Below, piece by piece: positions 55,480 to 64,000 of a DNA stretch of 64,000 nucleotides. The DNA is from a phage. A model generated the notes under the pieces. The model was not told the origin of the DNA, made no database searches, and worked only from the letters and a program-made list of their open reading frames with translations. Where the stretch lies: NCBI GenBank assembly GCA_033239445.1, contig GCA_033239445.1_3953.1; one strand, given 5' to 3'. The position numbers and the translations under genes were made by a program. The first letter of the stretch is position 1; the number at the start of each line of letters is the position of its first letter.

Positions 55480-55727
55480 GCAGTAGAGAAGAAGAAGCTT
55501 TAGCAATCTTCAAGAATGAAGACAAATCAATAGCTTTTGTCTCAGAGGCTTGGTGCAGAGGTTTGGGATATGATTGGTATCTTTTCTTATGCGCTAAGAA
55601 AGATGTTAAACCAGTTGATGAAACCCGATTCAAAGAACTGTATAATATCTGCCAAGAGGGTTATGAAGAACATTACGAAGGTTCTTTGAATCCTGTAAAT
55701 TCAAAAGCTTCAGACTTATTTTATTGA
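55476..55727 (+). CDS. small hypothetical protein
   Basis: ORF-track frame 55461-55727 trimmed to ATG at 55476. Confidence 0.4.
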   Translation: MSSREEEALAIFKNEDKSIAFVSEAWCRGLGYDWYLFLCAKKDVKPVDETRFKELYNICQEGYEEHYEGSLNPVNSKASDLFY

Positions 55728-55737
55728 GAGGTTTAAA

Positions 55738-55983
55738 ATGTTAAAATTATTGATACCAGCTTTAGTAGTCTTACTGGTGGGGTGCAACCCTTCTTATGAG
55801 AATAAGGATGCCTCTTACAGACTTCCTCCAGAAATGCAAGACTGCAAGATTTATAAGCTTAATGGTGATGCCATTAGCAGGGATGTTATTGTAGTTCGCT
55901 GCCCAAATTCTCAGACTACAACTTCTTACAAGTATGGGAAGAATAGTCAGTCACACACCACAGTTTTTGATGGAGAATATTGA
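55738..55983 (+). CDS. small lipoprotein
   Basis: 81 aa; signal peptide with lipobox LVGC. Confidence 0.45.
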   Translation: MLKLLIPALVVLLVGCNPSYENKDASYRLPPEMQDCKIYKLNGDAISRDVIVVRCPNSQTTTSYKYGKNSQSHTTVFDGEY

Positions 55984-55984
55984 T

Positions 55985-56191
55985 ATGCAGGTTCTGGTAA
56001 ATTTTATCTATAAGTATGACGTTGTTCACTCAACTACAACTGTAGCACAACGTAACCCAATAGTGCCACGAGAAGGTGAATGGGTAAGGATTGATGGTTG
56101 GACTTACACTGTAGAGAATATCATTCATAAGTTTGATGTTTGTGGAGACACACAAGTTATTGATGTAGAAATTGGTGGGAAACGTAAATGA
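55985..56191 (+). CDS. small hypothetical protein
   Basis: ORF-track frame 55934-56191 trimmed to ATG at 55985 with SD ggaga. Confidence 0.35.
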   Translation: MQVLVNFIYKYDVVHSTTTVAQRNPIVPREGEWVRIDGWTYTVENIIHKFDVCGDTQVIDVEIGGKRK

Positions 56192-57288
56192 CAATTCTGT
56201 ACAAACAAAATAAAGATGGTTCTTTCAACGTCTGGTCATGTGTTGCTGTAGGTGATAAAGTAGTCACGACTTATGGTAAAGAAAATGGCAAGATGATGTT
56301 CGAAGAGTACACAGCAGAACCTAAGAACATCGGTAAAAAGAATGAGCGTAATGCTGAACAGCAAGCTCTCTTTGAAGTTGCTGCTAAGTACAAGAAGCAG
56401 GTTGACCGTAAAGGGTATGCTTACACAAAATCTGAAGCAGAGAATGTTGAAAAGGTTGGTGTACAGCTTGCTCAGGATGCTTCCAAGATAAGTCACAAGA
56501 AGTATCTGGTATTCCCTGCCGATGCTCAACCTAAACTTGACGGGGTTCGTTGCAGGATTTCAAGAGATGCTGACTCAGAAAGTTTTACGGCATATTCTCG
56601 TGAGAACACGGTATACAACATTCCTGTAGAGTTGATTCCTGATGTTCTTCTTATGCTGAAGCTTCATAAAGATGTTGAAGATTTCGACGGTGAGATTTAT
56701 GCTCATGGTTGGGACTTGGAAGATATTGTGTCTATGATTAAGAATGCTGACAATCCAGACCGTCACCTTCTTAAATTCTACTGGTATGATATCTGTGACA
56801 AGACTAAATCTTGGCCTGAGCGTCGTGAAGTTATTGATAATTCACCAATCGTTGAACTCGGTGATGCTTGCAGGGTTGTACCTGTTCAGACAATCCGTGT
56901 TAACTCTTGGGAAGAATTTGATAATGCTCATGACAATTGGGTTAAACTCAAGTTTGAAGGGGCAATGTATCGGTCAATCTCACCAGATTCGTTCTATGAG
57001 TGTGGTCACCGTTCGTACTTCTTGATTAAACACAAGAAGATGCACACGCAGGAGTTCATAGTAACTGGTGTAAAGACTGATAAACGTGGTCATGGTAAGT
57101 TCGTTGTAGAGACTCTTCCTAACGTCTTTGTAGATGTTTCATGGAAAACTACACACGAGAAGAAAAAGTATCTTGCTGAACATCCTGAAGAGTTTATCGG
57201 GAAGCCTTTAACGGTTCAGTTCCAGAAGATGACTCGTAAGGGTTCTTTACAGTTCCCTGTTGGGCTTGTTATACGAGATTATGAATAG
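56188..57288 (+). CDS. ATP-dependent DNA ligase
   Basis: 366 aa; adenylation motif I KLDGVRC; size typical of phage ATP-dependent ligases. Confidence 0.75.
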   Translation: MTILYKQNKDGSFNVWSCVAVGDKVVTTYGKENGKMMFEEYTAEPKNIGKKNERNAEQQALFEVAAKYKKQVDRKGYAYTKSEAENVEKVGVQLAQDASKISHKKYLVFPADAQPKLDGVRCRISRDADSESFTAYSRENTVYNIPVELIPDVLLMLKLHKDVEDFDGEIYAHGWDLEDIVSMIKNADNPDRHLLKFYWYDICDKTKSWPERREVIDNSPIVELGDACRVVPVQTIRVNSWEEFDNAHDNWVKLKFEGAMYRSISPDSFYECGHRSYFLIKHKKMHTQEFIVTGVKTDKRGHGKFVVETLPNVFVDVSWKTTHEKKKYLAEHPEEFIGKPLTVQFQKMTRKGSLQFPVGLVIRDYE

Positions 57289-57297
57289 AGGTTAGCA

Positions 57298-57447
57298 TGT
57301 TTAGCGCAATTATCCTGTTTGTTTTTGTTGTTTTATCATTATCTTACTTCATAAGTAAACTTTTAAGTATAACATACAAAGCAGCCTTAGCCCTTACTCT
57401 GTTATCATTTGTAGTAAATGCAGTAGTCAGAGAATTTTTAATATAAA
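57298..57447 (+). CDS. small hydrophobic protein (49 aa)
   Basis: Below ORF-track cutoff; two hydrophobic segments. Confidence 0.3.
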
Positions 57448-57451
57448 GTTG

Positions 57452-57479
57452 TTGACATAGAAAATTTGGTGAGTATACT
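57452..57479 (+). promoter_or_regulatory. sigma70-like promoter (TTGACA-N16-TATACT)
   Basis: -35 TTGACA at 57452-57457, -10 TATACT at 57474-57479; predicted start near 57487. Confidence 0.55.
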
Positions 57480-57550
57480 GAGCAGCATAAACCAACGGGT
57501 ACTCACCAACATCACTTAAGAGTCTTTGAAAAGGGTTTTTAAGTGATGCT

Positions 57551-57627
57551 CGGTAAGGTTCGGTTCGGTTGGGTGTGGTATGGTCTGGTATGGCTGGGTT
57601 GGGTCTGGTCCGGTTTGGTGAGGGTAG
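57551..57627 (+). repeat. GGTNN pentanucleotide-periodic array A (about 15 units)
   Basis: cggta aggtt cggtt cggtt gggtg tggta tggtc tggta tggct gggtt gggtc tggtc cggtt tggtg agggt; GGT recurs every 5 nt. Confidence 0.75.
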
Positions 57628-57630
57628 TTA

Positions 57631-57664
57631 GTCTCAGCTACATTAAAATGAGACTCACCTTTTT
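57631..57664 (+). terminator. rho-independent terminator
   Basis: gtctc-agctacattaaaat-gagac hairpin extended by ggtgag/ctcacc, followed by TTTTT. Confidence 0.55.
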
Positions 57665-57699
57665 AAAAGGTCTTTAAAGAGGGTCTTTTAATGAGGTTT

Positions 57700-57772
57700 C
57701 GCTAGGTAGGGTAGTGTCCGGTTGGGTCTGGTAAGGTCAGGTTAGGTAAAGTGAGGTAAGGGTGGATGGTAG
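57700..57772 (+). repeat. GGTNN pentanucleotide-periodic array B
   Basis: Follows conserved module aaaaggtctttaaagagggtcttttaatgagg; ends ggatggtagtagcc like array D. Confidence 0.7.
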
Positions 57773-57851
57773 TAGCCACGTTAAAAATCTACCAAGTTTC
57801 TAAAGAGTCTTCTGTTGAGGGTTCTTTACAAACAACTTAACAATCAACTAA

Positions 57852-58457
<606 letters not shown>

Positions 58458-58459
58458 TT

Positions 58460-58900
58460 ATGAATACAAAAGCATTAGCAGCAAAGTTCAGTTACGGTGA
58501 TACTGTATCACACTCTGAGATGGACACCTTCTTAGGTATTGTGAAGCCGACTTATCAAGGTGACATTGTTAAGTACGAAGATGAAATGAAAGCTTACGCA
58601 CTTACACGCCTAAATCGACTTGAGAAGTTTATTGAGAAGCTTCTTAAAGAAGAGAAGATTTATCTGGTCACTTCAATGGGTGTTGGTTATCGTGTGGTGG
58701 AACCTAAACATCAAGCAACTATTGCAAAACGTAAAATGTCTAGTAAGATTGGTCGTGCTTTAAAGCAAGCCACTCAAGCGATTGAGAATGTGAACACTAT
58801 GGCACTTAGTCATCAAGAACGTTCACGACTGATTGAACAGCAAAACCATTTAGCTGCCATGAAAGCTAACATTAACAAACAACGTAGAAAACCTTTCTAA
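58460..58900 (+). CDS. hypothetical protein
   Basis: 146 aa ORF. Confidence 0.55.
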   Translation: MNTKALAAKFSYGDTVSHSEMDTFLGIVKPTYQGDIVKYEDEMKAYALTRLNRLEKFIEKLLKEEKIYLVTSMGVGYRVVEPKHQATIAKRKMSSKIGRALKQATQAIENVNTMALSHQERSRLIEQQNHLAAMKANINKQRRKPF

Positions 58901-58908
58901 GTTAGATA

Positions 58909-58935
58909 GGTAGCCTCTTCGGAGGCTCCTTTTTA
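58909..58935 (+). terminator. rho-independent terminator
   Basis: agcctc-ttcg-gaggct hairpin followed by CCTTTTT. Confidence 0.65.
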
Positions 58936-58965
58936 AAAGGTCTTTAAAAGGGTCTTTTAATGAGG

Positions 58966-59013
58966 CTGGGTTTGGTCTGGTTCGGTGTGGCAAGGTGGGG
59001 TTAGGTATGGGTA
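58966..59013 (+). repeat. GGTNN pentanucleotide-periodic array C
   Basis: Follows second copy of module aaaaggtctttaaaagggtcttttaatgagg; tail gggtagttaatcggagctacat parallels array A. Confidence 0.7.
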
Positions 59014-59043
59014 GTTAATCGGAGCTACATAAAAATTCGATTA

Positions 59044-59148
59044 CATCACTTAAGAGTCTTTGAAAAGGGTTTTTAAGTGATGTTTGGTCGGGTGTGGTTC
59101 AGTCAGGTAAGGTTGGGCGAGGTCAGGTCGGGTGCGGAAGGATGGCAG
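59044..59148 (+). repeat. second copy of the 10-bp-stem hairpin (59044-59082) followed by GGTNN array D (59083-59148)
   Basis: Hairpin catcacttaa ... ttaagtgatg identical to 57510-57548; array ends ggatggcagtagcc. Confidence 0.7.
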
Positions 59149-59170
59149 TAGCCTTATAAAAAATCTGCCA

Positions 59171-59217
59171 AATAAGCTATAAAATCTGTTGACAAGTCAG
59201 GTGTTATAGCTTATTTT
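59171..59217 (+). promoter_or_regulatory. possible promoter with -35 TTGACA (59189-59194) inside a perfect 8-bp inverted repeat (agctataa / ttatagct)
   Basis: Spacer 17 nt to TATTTT; the palindrome flanking the -35 is operator-like. Confidence 0.4.
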
Positions 59218-59257
59218 TATACTCAAATGTATACAAAATTTTATATAGGAGGTAGTT

Positions 59258-59638
59258 ATGAAAAAGTTACTTGTTGGTGTTGTTGCTCTTGGTATGAGTT
59301 TTAGTGCAGCAGCTATGAAGATGCCTGAAGCAAACTTTAATGGTGTTGCTTTAGAATCTTGTAAGATTGTACAGAAAATCGCTTCAAATGCTGGAGAGTT
59401 GACTAAACCGTTGTCTGCTCAGACTGTTCAAGAAATGACTGATAAGATGGTTGACTACAACTACCATTTTATGGGAGATTACTATGACAGATTGGCAGAT
59501 GAGATGGTTACTCAGAACGTTGACCTTCTTGATAGCAAAGGTATTGAGACTGTAGAAGATGTGAAAGACAACTTTATGCGTGAGTCTTTCAAAGGTGTTC
59601 AATACTTTATTGAAAATCGTCACTGCATGGGTTTATAA
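59258..59638 (+). CDS. secreted hypothetical protein
   Basis: 126 aa; N-terminal signal peptide; strong SD aggagg. Confidence 0.55.
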   Translation: MKKLLVGVVALGMSFSAAAMKMPEANFNGVALESCKIVQKIASNAGELTKPLSAQTVQEMTDKMVDYNYHFMGDYYDRLADEMVTQNVDLLDSKGIETVEDVKDNFMRESFKGVQYFIENRHCMGL

Positions 59639-59640
59639 TC

Positions 59641-59844
59641 ATGAAGAAGAACATCTGTAGAACAGACTATGGTGAAGTGGTCGATGATGACGGAGTAGTT
59701 ATTTACAGAGTTTGGGCTAATGATTTTGCAACCGTTGTAGAGTCTTTAGATAACTACATCAATGGGACTCGTGAAAACGTCAGAGCAACTAATCTTGATT
59801 CGTTAATAGACACTTCTCGAAAACGGAGAAAGAAAGATGAATGA
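59641..59844 (+). CDS. small hypothetical protein
   Basis: 67 aa ORF. Confidence 0.4.
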   Translation: MKKNICRTDYGEVVDDDGVVIYRVWANDFATVVESLDNYINGTRENVRATNLDSLIDTSRKRRKKDE

Positions 59845-60136
59845 AGTCTTTGACCCATATGCACCTCAAGATTCTTGGGAGGCTGATAGAGAGGTTGAAA
59901 TGGAGAGTTATATCTGTCCAATGGATATAGAAGAGATGAAAGATTTTGTATCTTTCAGATTCTCTAAAGAGATTGAGAAGCTAAAACTTTCTCAGGCTCA
60001 AGTAGCAACTGTTTGTGAAATCTCACAGAGTCGTGTGTCAAATATCATTAACGACCCTCAAAAGATTTCTTTAGAGTACATGCTTAATGCTTGTACAAAA
60101 CTTGGTGTAAATTTTAACTTAAGGCTGGCAGATTAA
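59837..60136 (+). CDS. small protein with helix-turn-helix-like segment
   Basis: 99 aa; LSQAQVATVCEISQSRVSNII resembles an XRE-type HTH. Confidence 0.4.
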   Translation: MNEVFDPYAPQDSWEADREVEMESYICPMDIEEMKDFVSFRFSKEIEKLKLSQAQVATVCEISQSRVSNIINDPQKISLEYMLNACTKLGVNFNLRLAD

Positions 60137-60137
60137 T

Positions 60138-60497
60138 ATGAAACGTGAAAATGCAATCTTTAACGATAACTTTGCAATTGGCTTCTATGGTAAACCAACT
60201 CCAGCAGAGAAACTTTATGGTAATGCAATTCTGGAGACCTTGAAAGAGGTTTACACAACTGGTGGTATGAAGCATACTGAAGCAAACCGTGTAAGAGGTT
60301 ATATGGCAATTGGCTCTGCAATCTCTAACATCAAACTTGAAACTACAAGTGCTAAAAAGGTACGAGACCACTTCATCAAAGAGTTGTCAGAGAACCTAGA
60401 TGGTGTTGATGTTAAGGCTGTCTGGTTAGATGTTGATGGTCACAACTACACAACTTTTGTGTTTAAAAATGAGGATATCAAATGTCTCTTCCCTTAA
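60138..60497 (+). CDS. hypothetical protein
   Basis: 119 aa ORF. Confidence 0.5.
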   Translation: MKRENAIFNDNFAIGFYGKPTPAEKLYGNAILETLKEVYTTGGMKHTEANRVRGYMAIGSAISNIKLETTSAKKVRDHFIKELSENLDGVDVKAVWLDVDGHNYTTFVFKNEDIKCLFP

Positions 60498-60985
60498 AAC
60501 TTGATTTATACTTTGGGTACAGTGTATTGCAAGGCAGCATACTGTCACTACCAAAGTCAGATTATCGTTGTGATTTAGGTTCTGTGAAACGTGCATCACA
60601 CTTTAACAACAACATCTTAGGCTTGCAGACACTTCACAGGTGGCTTGAGGAAGATGGACGGTTGAATGAATATCTTCACCAACTAGAACTAGCCAAAGAA
60701 GAAGGGCATATGGGTTGGAATTTACTACCCCATCTGTACAAACCTGCAAGTCCTATGGAGATACGCTATAACGAACAAGCAATTGATAGCTATAACAAAT
60801 ATAATATAACTATTGGCTCAAGAGCTTGGAAGGAATATGAAAAACTCCGTGAAATCATTATACAGACCATTGGAAAGCGTGTAGCAAAAGGTCTTGCTTA
60901 TGATGAAAAGGTTGACTGGAAGACACAGAAGTGTATAAAATTCTTCAAGTACGATAATGACAAAGATACTTTTGTAGAGGTTTAA
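60482..60985 (+). CDS. hypothetical protein
   Basis: 167 aa ORF. Confidence 0.5.
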   Translation: MSLPLKLDLYFGYSVLQGSILSLPKSDYRCDLGSVKRASHFNNNILGLQTLHRWLEEDGRLNEYLHQLELAKEEGHMGWNLLPHLYKPASPMEIRYNEQAIDSYNKYNITIGSRAWKEYEKLREIIIQTIGKRVAKGLAYDEKVDWKTQKCIKFFKYDNDKDTFVEV

Positions 60986-60986
60986 C

Positions 60987-61502
60987 ATGAAAATTGGAAT
61001 TACCCTTTGCCAGCCTGAAGCAGAGTTCTTGAAATCAATGTTGTCTGAGCATATGAAGTCTACAAATCATACTGAGAAGACATTCTTGATTGACACTAAC
61101 TATGATGCAGGAACTATTGAGTTCATTGATGAAGACACTGCTGACTCTCTGTGTGTTCTTCCTGCTCACTTATTTACTCCAGAGCTACGTGACAGCCGTT
61201 CTATTGAAGTTAATCTGGAGCCAAGTATTGAACTGTACTCAGACACACAGTATCCAAGAAGTTTTAAAGCATTGCTAAACATCTTCATAGCTGATATTGT
61301 AGAGATTGTTAAGCAGACTGAAGGTAGTCATGTAGTAACTGCTGAATATGAACAAGGGACAATTAAGCTGACAGGTGACTTTGGTTCTATGGGTTTCCTA
61401 GACTTTGTTCCAAAACACTTTGAAGATTTCCTGTCAAGTGAAGTTGATGACCTTGATTTCATACTAAAATTTGAACGCACTTTTAAGGTAAACAAAAAAT
61501 GA
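60987..61502 (+). CDS. hypothetical protein
   Basis: 171 aa ORF. Confidence 0.5.
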   Translation: MKIGITLCQPEAEFLKSMLSEHMKSTNHTEKTFLIDTNYDAGTIEFIDEDTADSLCVLPAHLFTPELRDSRSIEVNLEPSIELYSDTQYPRSFKALLNIFIADIVEIVKQTEGSHVVTAEYEQGTIKLTGDFGSMGFLDFVPKHFEDFLSSEVDDLDFILKFERTFKVNKK

Positions 61503-61771
61503 AAATCTTAAGCGGAGTATCACAGTGTTACATGAATAATGGTGAGCCAGTTAAATGCTGCCATTGTGGAGGTGAGAACTTCCAAGGTGAAGTTTCAGAG
61601 ATTGTCTCTGGCAATATCGCTGAAGAGTACACCCGTTGCTGTGGATGTGGAAAGATTTTATCTTTTTGGGCTTATGGAAGTTATGAACCACAACCTCACC
61701 TTATTTACCATCCAAACAGGATTGTGAAGCGTGTTCTGAACTGGTTCATTATCAAAGGATTTACAAAATGA
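61499..61771 (+). CDS. small cysteine-rich (zinc-binding-like) protein
   Basis: 90 aa; CCHCGG ... CCGCGK. Confidence 0.45.
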   Translation: MKILSGVSQCYMNNGEPVKCCHCGGENFQGEVSEIVSGNIAEEYTRCCGCGKILSFWAYGSYEPQPHLIYHPNRIVKRVLNWFIIKGFTK

Positions 61772-62313
61772 TTAAGTTAATTTTTGCAAGTGGTATTAAC
61801 GGGGAGTTTGGCACAGCTACTGGAATGCCTTGGCCTCGTAATAAACAAGATATGGCAGAGTTTAAGAAGCAGACTGTTAACCAGTTAGTCTTGATGGGTA
61901 GCGAAACTTGGAAGACTCTTGGGAGCAAGCCTTTGCCAAACCGTGAGAACCTTGTCTTGACAAACTCTCTTGACTTTTATGGTCTGGATTTTAAAGATGA
62001 CTCTTATTGTAAAGCAAGAGTTAAGCCTGAAGCTTTTGGGGCTTTCCTGAAGTATATTGATAGCTCTATTGATGAAGATGTTTTAGTAATCGGTGGAGCC
62101 AATATCTTAATCTCAGCTTTGCCGTATGCTGACGTAGTTTTCCACAGTGTTATTAAGGAAGTTACTGAAGAGGCTACTGTCAAGCTACCTTATGAGGGTT
62201 TCTTCCAGTACTTGTATGACACAGAATTATTTGCTAAAGTACAGTCCAAACCCTCAGAAGATAAGTCTGTGGTTTTTGATACCTATGTTCCACAAGTAAG
62301 AGGACGTTTCTAA
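61768..62313 (+). CDS. folA: dihydrofolate reductase
   Basis: 181 aa; N-terminal IFASGINGEFG ... GMPW ... LVLMGSETWKTLG ... PLPNRENLVLTNS pattern; immediately upstream of thymidylate synthase. Confidence 0.85.
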   Translation: MIKLIFASGINGEFGTATGMPWPRNKQDMAEFKKQTVNQLVLMGSETWKTLGSKPLPNRENLVLTNSLDFYGLDFKDDSYCKARVKPEAFGAFLKYIDSSIDEDVLVIGGANILISALPYADVVFHSVIKEVTEEATVKLPYEGFFQYLYDTELFAKVQSKPSEDKSVVFDTYVPQVRGRF

Positions 62314-62314
62314 T

Positions 62315-63214
62315 ATGTCACAAGCAGATGTAAGCTACAAAGCTATTTTAAACCATGTTTTATCAGTTGGTGAGTTGCGTAAAACCAGAACTGGCTCAGT
62401 GATTTCGACCTTTGCTCCACCTGAGTTCCGTTTTGATATGCGTAGTGGATTTCCATTAATCACCTCAAAACAAACATTTATGCGTCAAGTCCTCGGTGAA
62501 GCATTATGGTTTATGAACGGTGAAAACCAACTAGGCCATTTGCGTTACAGAACTTGGGGAGAGAACGACGGAGAGCGTTGGACTATCTGGACAGATGATT
62601 TTAAACGTTGGTTGAAAACAACCTATGCTACAGAGAATGATTGGCTGGAGGACGCTGGAGGAAGAATCTATGGAGTCCAATGGAGAGCCTACGAAGGTCA
62701 TGGTGGAGTTGTTGTAGACCAGTTGAGTAATCTTGTAGAGAAGATGAGAAAGTCTCCTACAGACCGTTACATGCTCGTTAACGCATGGAATGCAGCAGAT
62801 ATATCAAGTAACTCTATGGCATTAGCACCTTGCCATGTACTTTTTCAGATTTACATCTCGAACACTAATGAGGTGGATTTGAAATGGTATCAGCGCTCTT
62901 GTGATACGTTCTTAGGGTTACCATTTAACATTGCTTCCTATGCCTTTATCTTGGAGGTGTTGTGTAAACTAACGGGATATACACCGCGATATCTGGTAGG
63001 GACTTATGGTGATACTCAAATCTATCAGAACCATATGTCGCAGGTTTTTCAGCTTCTTGGCAATGAAGAGTTTCCAGCACCTAAGTTTGAAATTCATCAA
63101 GATTTAAAGTCTCTTGAAGATTTGAGACATATGACAGCAGATGACTTCCTAGGTGGGTTGAAAGGGTATAAACATGCTGGTAAGATTGAAGCACCTTTAT
63201 CAGTAGGTAAGTAG
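62315..63214 (+). CDS. thyA: thymidylate synthase
   Basis: 299 aa; active-site region LAPCH with catalytic Cys, plus ThyA-like blocks (RTGSV, DRYMLVNAWN). Confidence 0.9.
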   Translation: MSQADVSYKAILNHVLSVGELRKTRTGSVISTFAPPEFRFDMRSGFPLITSKQTFMRQVLGEALWFMNGENQLGHLRYRTWGENDGERWTIWTDDFKRWLKTTYATENDWLEDAGGRIYGVQWRAYEGHGGVVVDQLSNLVEKMRKSPTDRYMLVNAWNAADISSNSMALAPCHVLFQIYISNTNEVDLKWYQRSCDTFLGLPFNIASYAFILEVLCKLTGYTPRYLVGTYGDTQIYQNHMSQVFQLLGNEEFPAPKFEIHQDLKSLEDLRHMTADDFLGGLKGYKHAGKIEAPLSVGK

Positions 63215-63215
63215 A

Positions 63216-63245
63216 AACAAAAAAGGCTCCCGTAAAAAGGAGCCT
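63216..63245. terminator. bidirectional rho-independent terminator
   Basis: ggctcc-cgtaaaaa-ggagcc hairpin with A-run upstream and T-rich tract downstream; between convergent genes. Confidence 0.6.
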
Positions 63246-63250
63246 TAGAA

Positions 63251-63625
63251 TTATTTCTTTTTAGTGCTTTGGGTATTTTGTTCTGTAATTGCTTGCAAAG
63301 CTGATACAGATTGTGCTAAGTTGTTAACACTGTCAGAGAACTTATCAAGGGTCTTAGTCAACTTAGCGTTTTCTCCCTTAACATTCTCTAGCTGAACTTT
63401 CTGGTTCTCCATCCCTAATTGTAGGAGCTTCATATCAGATTGTAAGTCACGAATAGCTGAATAGTTACCTTTTGAGTAACCATCCAACTGTTGTAACTTA
63501 TTTGTGATAGACACTTCCTGTTTACCATCAGAGACCTGCATTGTAGTGTACATACCAATTACACTGAAAATACCTACAACGATTGCACCAATATTATTCT
63601 TAAAAGCATCTTCAAGCCACTTCAT
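63251..63625 (-). CDS. membrane-anchored coiled-coil protein
   Basis: 124 aa; N-terminal TM helix then heptad-like helical region. Confidence 0.5.
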   Translation of the reverse strand: MKWLEDAFKNNIGAIVVGIFSVIGMYTTMQVSDGKQEVSITNKLQQLDGYSKGNYSAIRDLQSDMKLLQLGMENQKVQLENVKGENAKLTKTLDKFSDSVNNLAQSVSALQAITEQNTQSTKKK

Positions 63626-63819
63626 TATTTCTCACCTTTAAAAGCCTTTTCCAAGGTATCTACAAATTCATCATCAATAGGTGTATCTGTTTTACTCGCA
63701 AGGTATCTTGCAAGCTTAAAGAACACTTTTTCAATCATGTATTCACTGAGAAGAGAAAAAAGAAGCTTCCAAAAGAATGCCCCAAGGTTTTTCATGAGGA
63801 TTGCTAGAATGGTTGGCAT
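63625..63819 (-). CDS. small hypothetical protein
   Basis: 64 aa ORF with hydrophobic N-terminus. Confidence 0.4.
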   Translation of the reverse strand: MPTILAILMKNLGAFFWKLLFSLLSEYMIEKVFFKLARYLASKTDTPIDDEFVDTLEKAFKGEK

Positions 63820-64000
63820 TTAATCACCTTACTTCTTGAGCCAAGATGGTGAGAATACCTACTAAGAAATATTAACACCATCTTGACAGTTAGTCAACAA
63901 GGTAATTATGCAGTTCTTACCCAAGCCATTAATTTAATGTAAGTGTTAAGAACACTGAATGCTGCACCAGAACCAGTTGCACCAGTGTTACCACTGAATG

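Larger units (their letters stand above)
57487..57664 (+). ncRNA. candidate small non-coding RNA (hairpin, GGUNN pentamer array, terminator)
   Basis: Bounded by the promoter at 57452-57479 and the terminator at 57631-57664; contains a 10-bp hairpin (57510-57548) and about 15 consecutive GGTNN units; no ORF. Confidence 0.4.

Noticed and set aside
57551-57772. GGTNN arrays as coding sequence or as G-quadruplex-forming DNA
   Set aside because: A 5-nt period is incompatible with a codon frame and no ORF spans the arrays; G runs are mostly GG rather than GGG, so canonical G-quadruplexes are unlikely.

Overview
This 64-kb window looks like the early, replication and nucleotide-metabolism region of a large, AT-rich, virulent tailed dsDNA phage: no integrase, no structural genes, dense strand-switching gene blocks. 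All calls are by eye from the sequence and the supplied ORF track; no searches or folding were run. Layout: (1) 1-2975, a minus-strand cluster of about 18 tRNA or tRNA-like genes with repeated spacer motifs, including a 121-nt tRNA-like element with no anticodon arm; (2) 3141-4556, a Ro60/TROVE-family gene directly beside the tRNA cluster; (3) 5392-13708, a plus-strand block of mostly hypothetical genes plus a GH24 lysozyme and an Ig-like-domain protein; (4) 13709-15279, a 1.6-kb non-coding, repeat-rich region between convergent blocks; (5) 15280-22410, about 18 small minus-strand genes each separated by a conserved promoter/leader cassette; (6) 22857-52036, a minus-strand block with a macro-domain protein, spanin-like pair, rIIA/rIIB-like pair, an adjacent NAMPT-family plus PRPP-synthetase-family pair, NrdD/NrdG, NrdH-like glutaredoxin, NrdA/NrdB, 5-prime nuclease, acidic-tailed SSB candidate, T7-gp4-like primase-helicase and a dNMP-kinase-like protein; (7) 52295-63214, a plus-strand block with family A DNA polymerase, ATP-dependent ligase, DHFR and thymidylate synthase. 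The strongest candidates for something new are the NAMPT/PRS pair as a possible phage NAD+ reconstitution system, the Ro60 gene with neighbouring tRNA-like RNAs, the small-gene array with its cassettes, and four arrays of a 5-nt-periodic GGTNN repeat embedded in hairpin/terminator modules.
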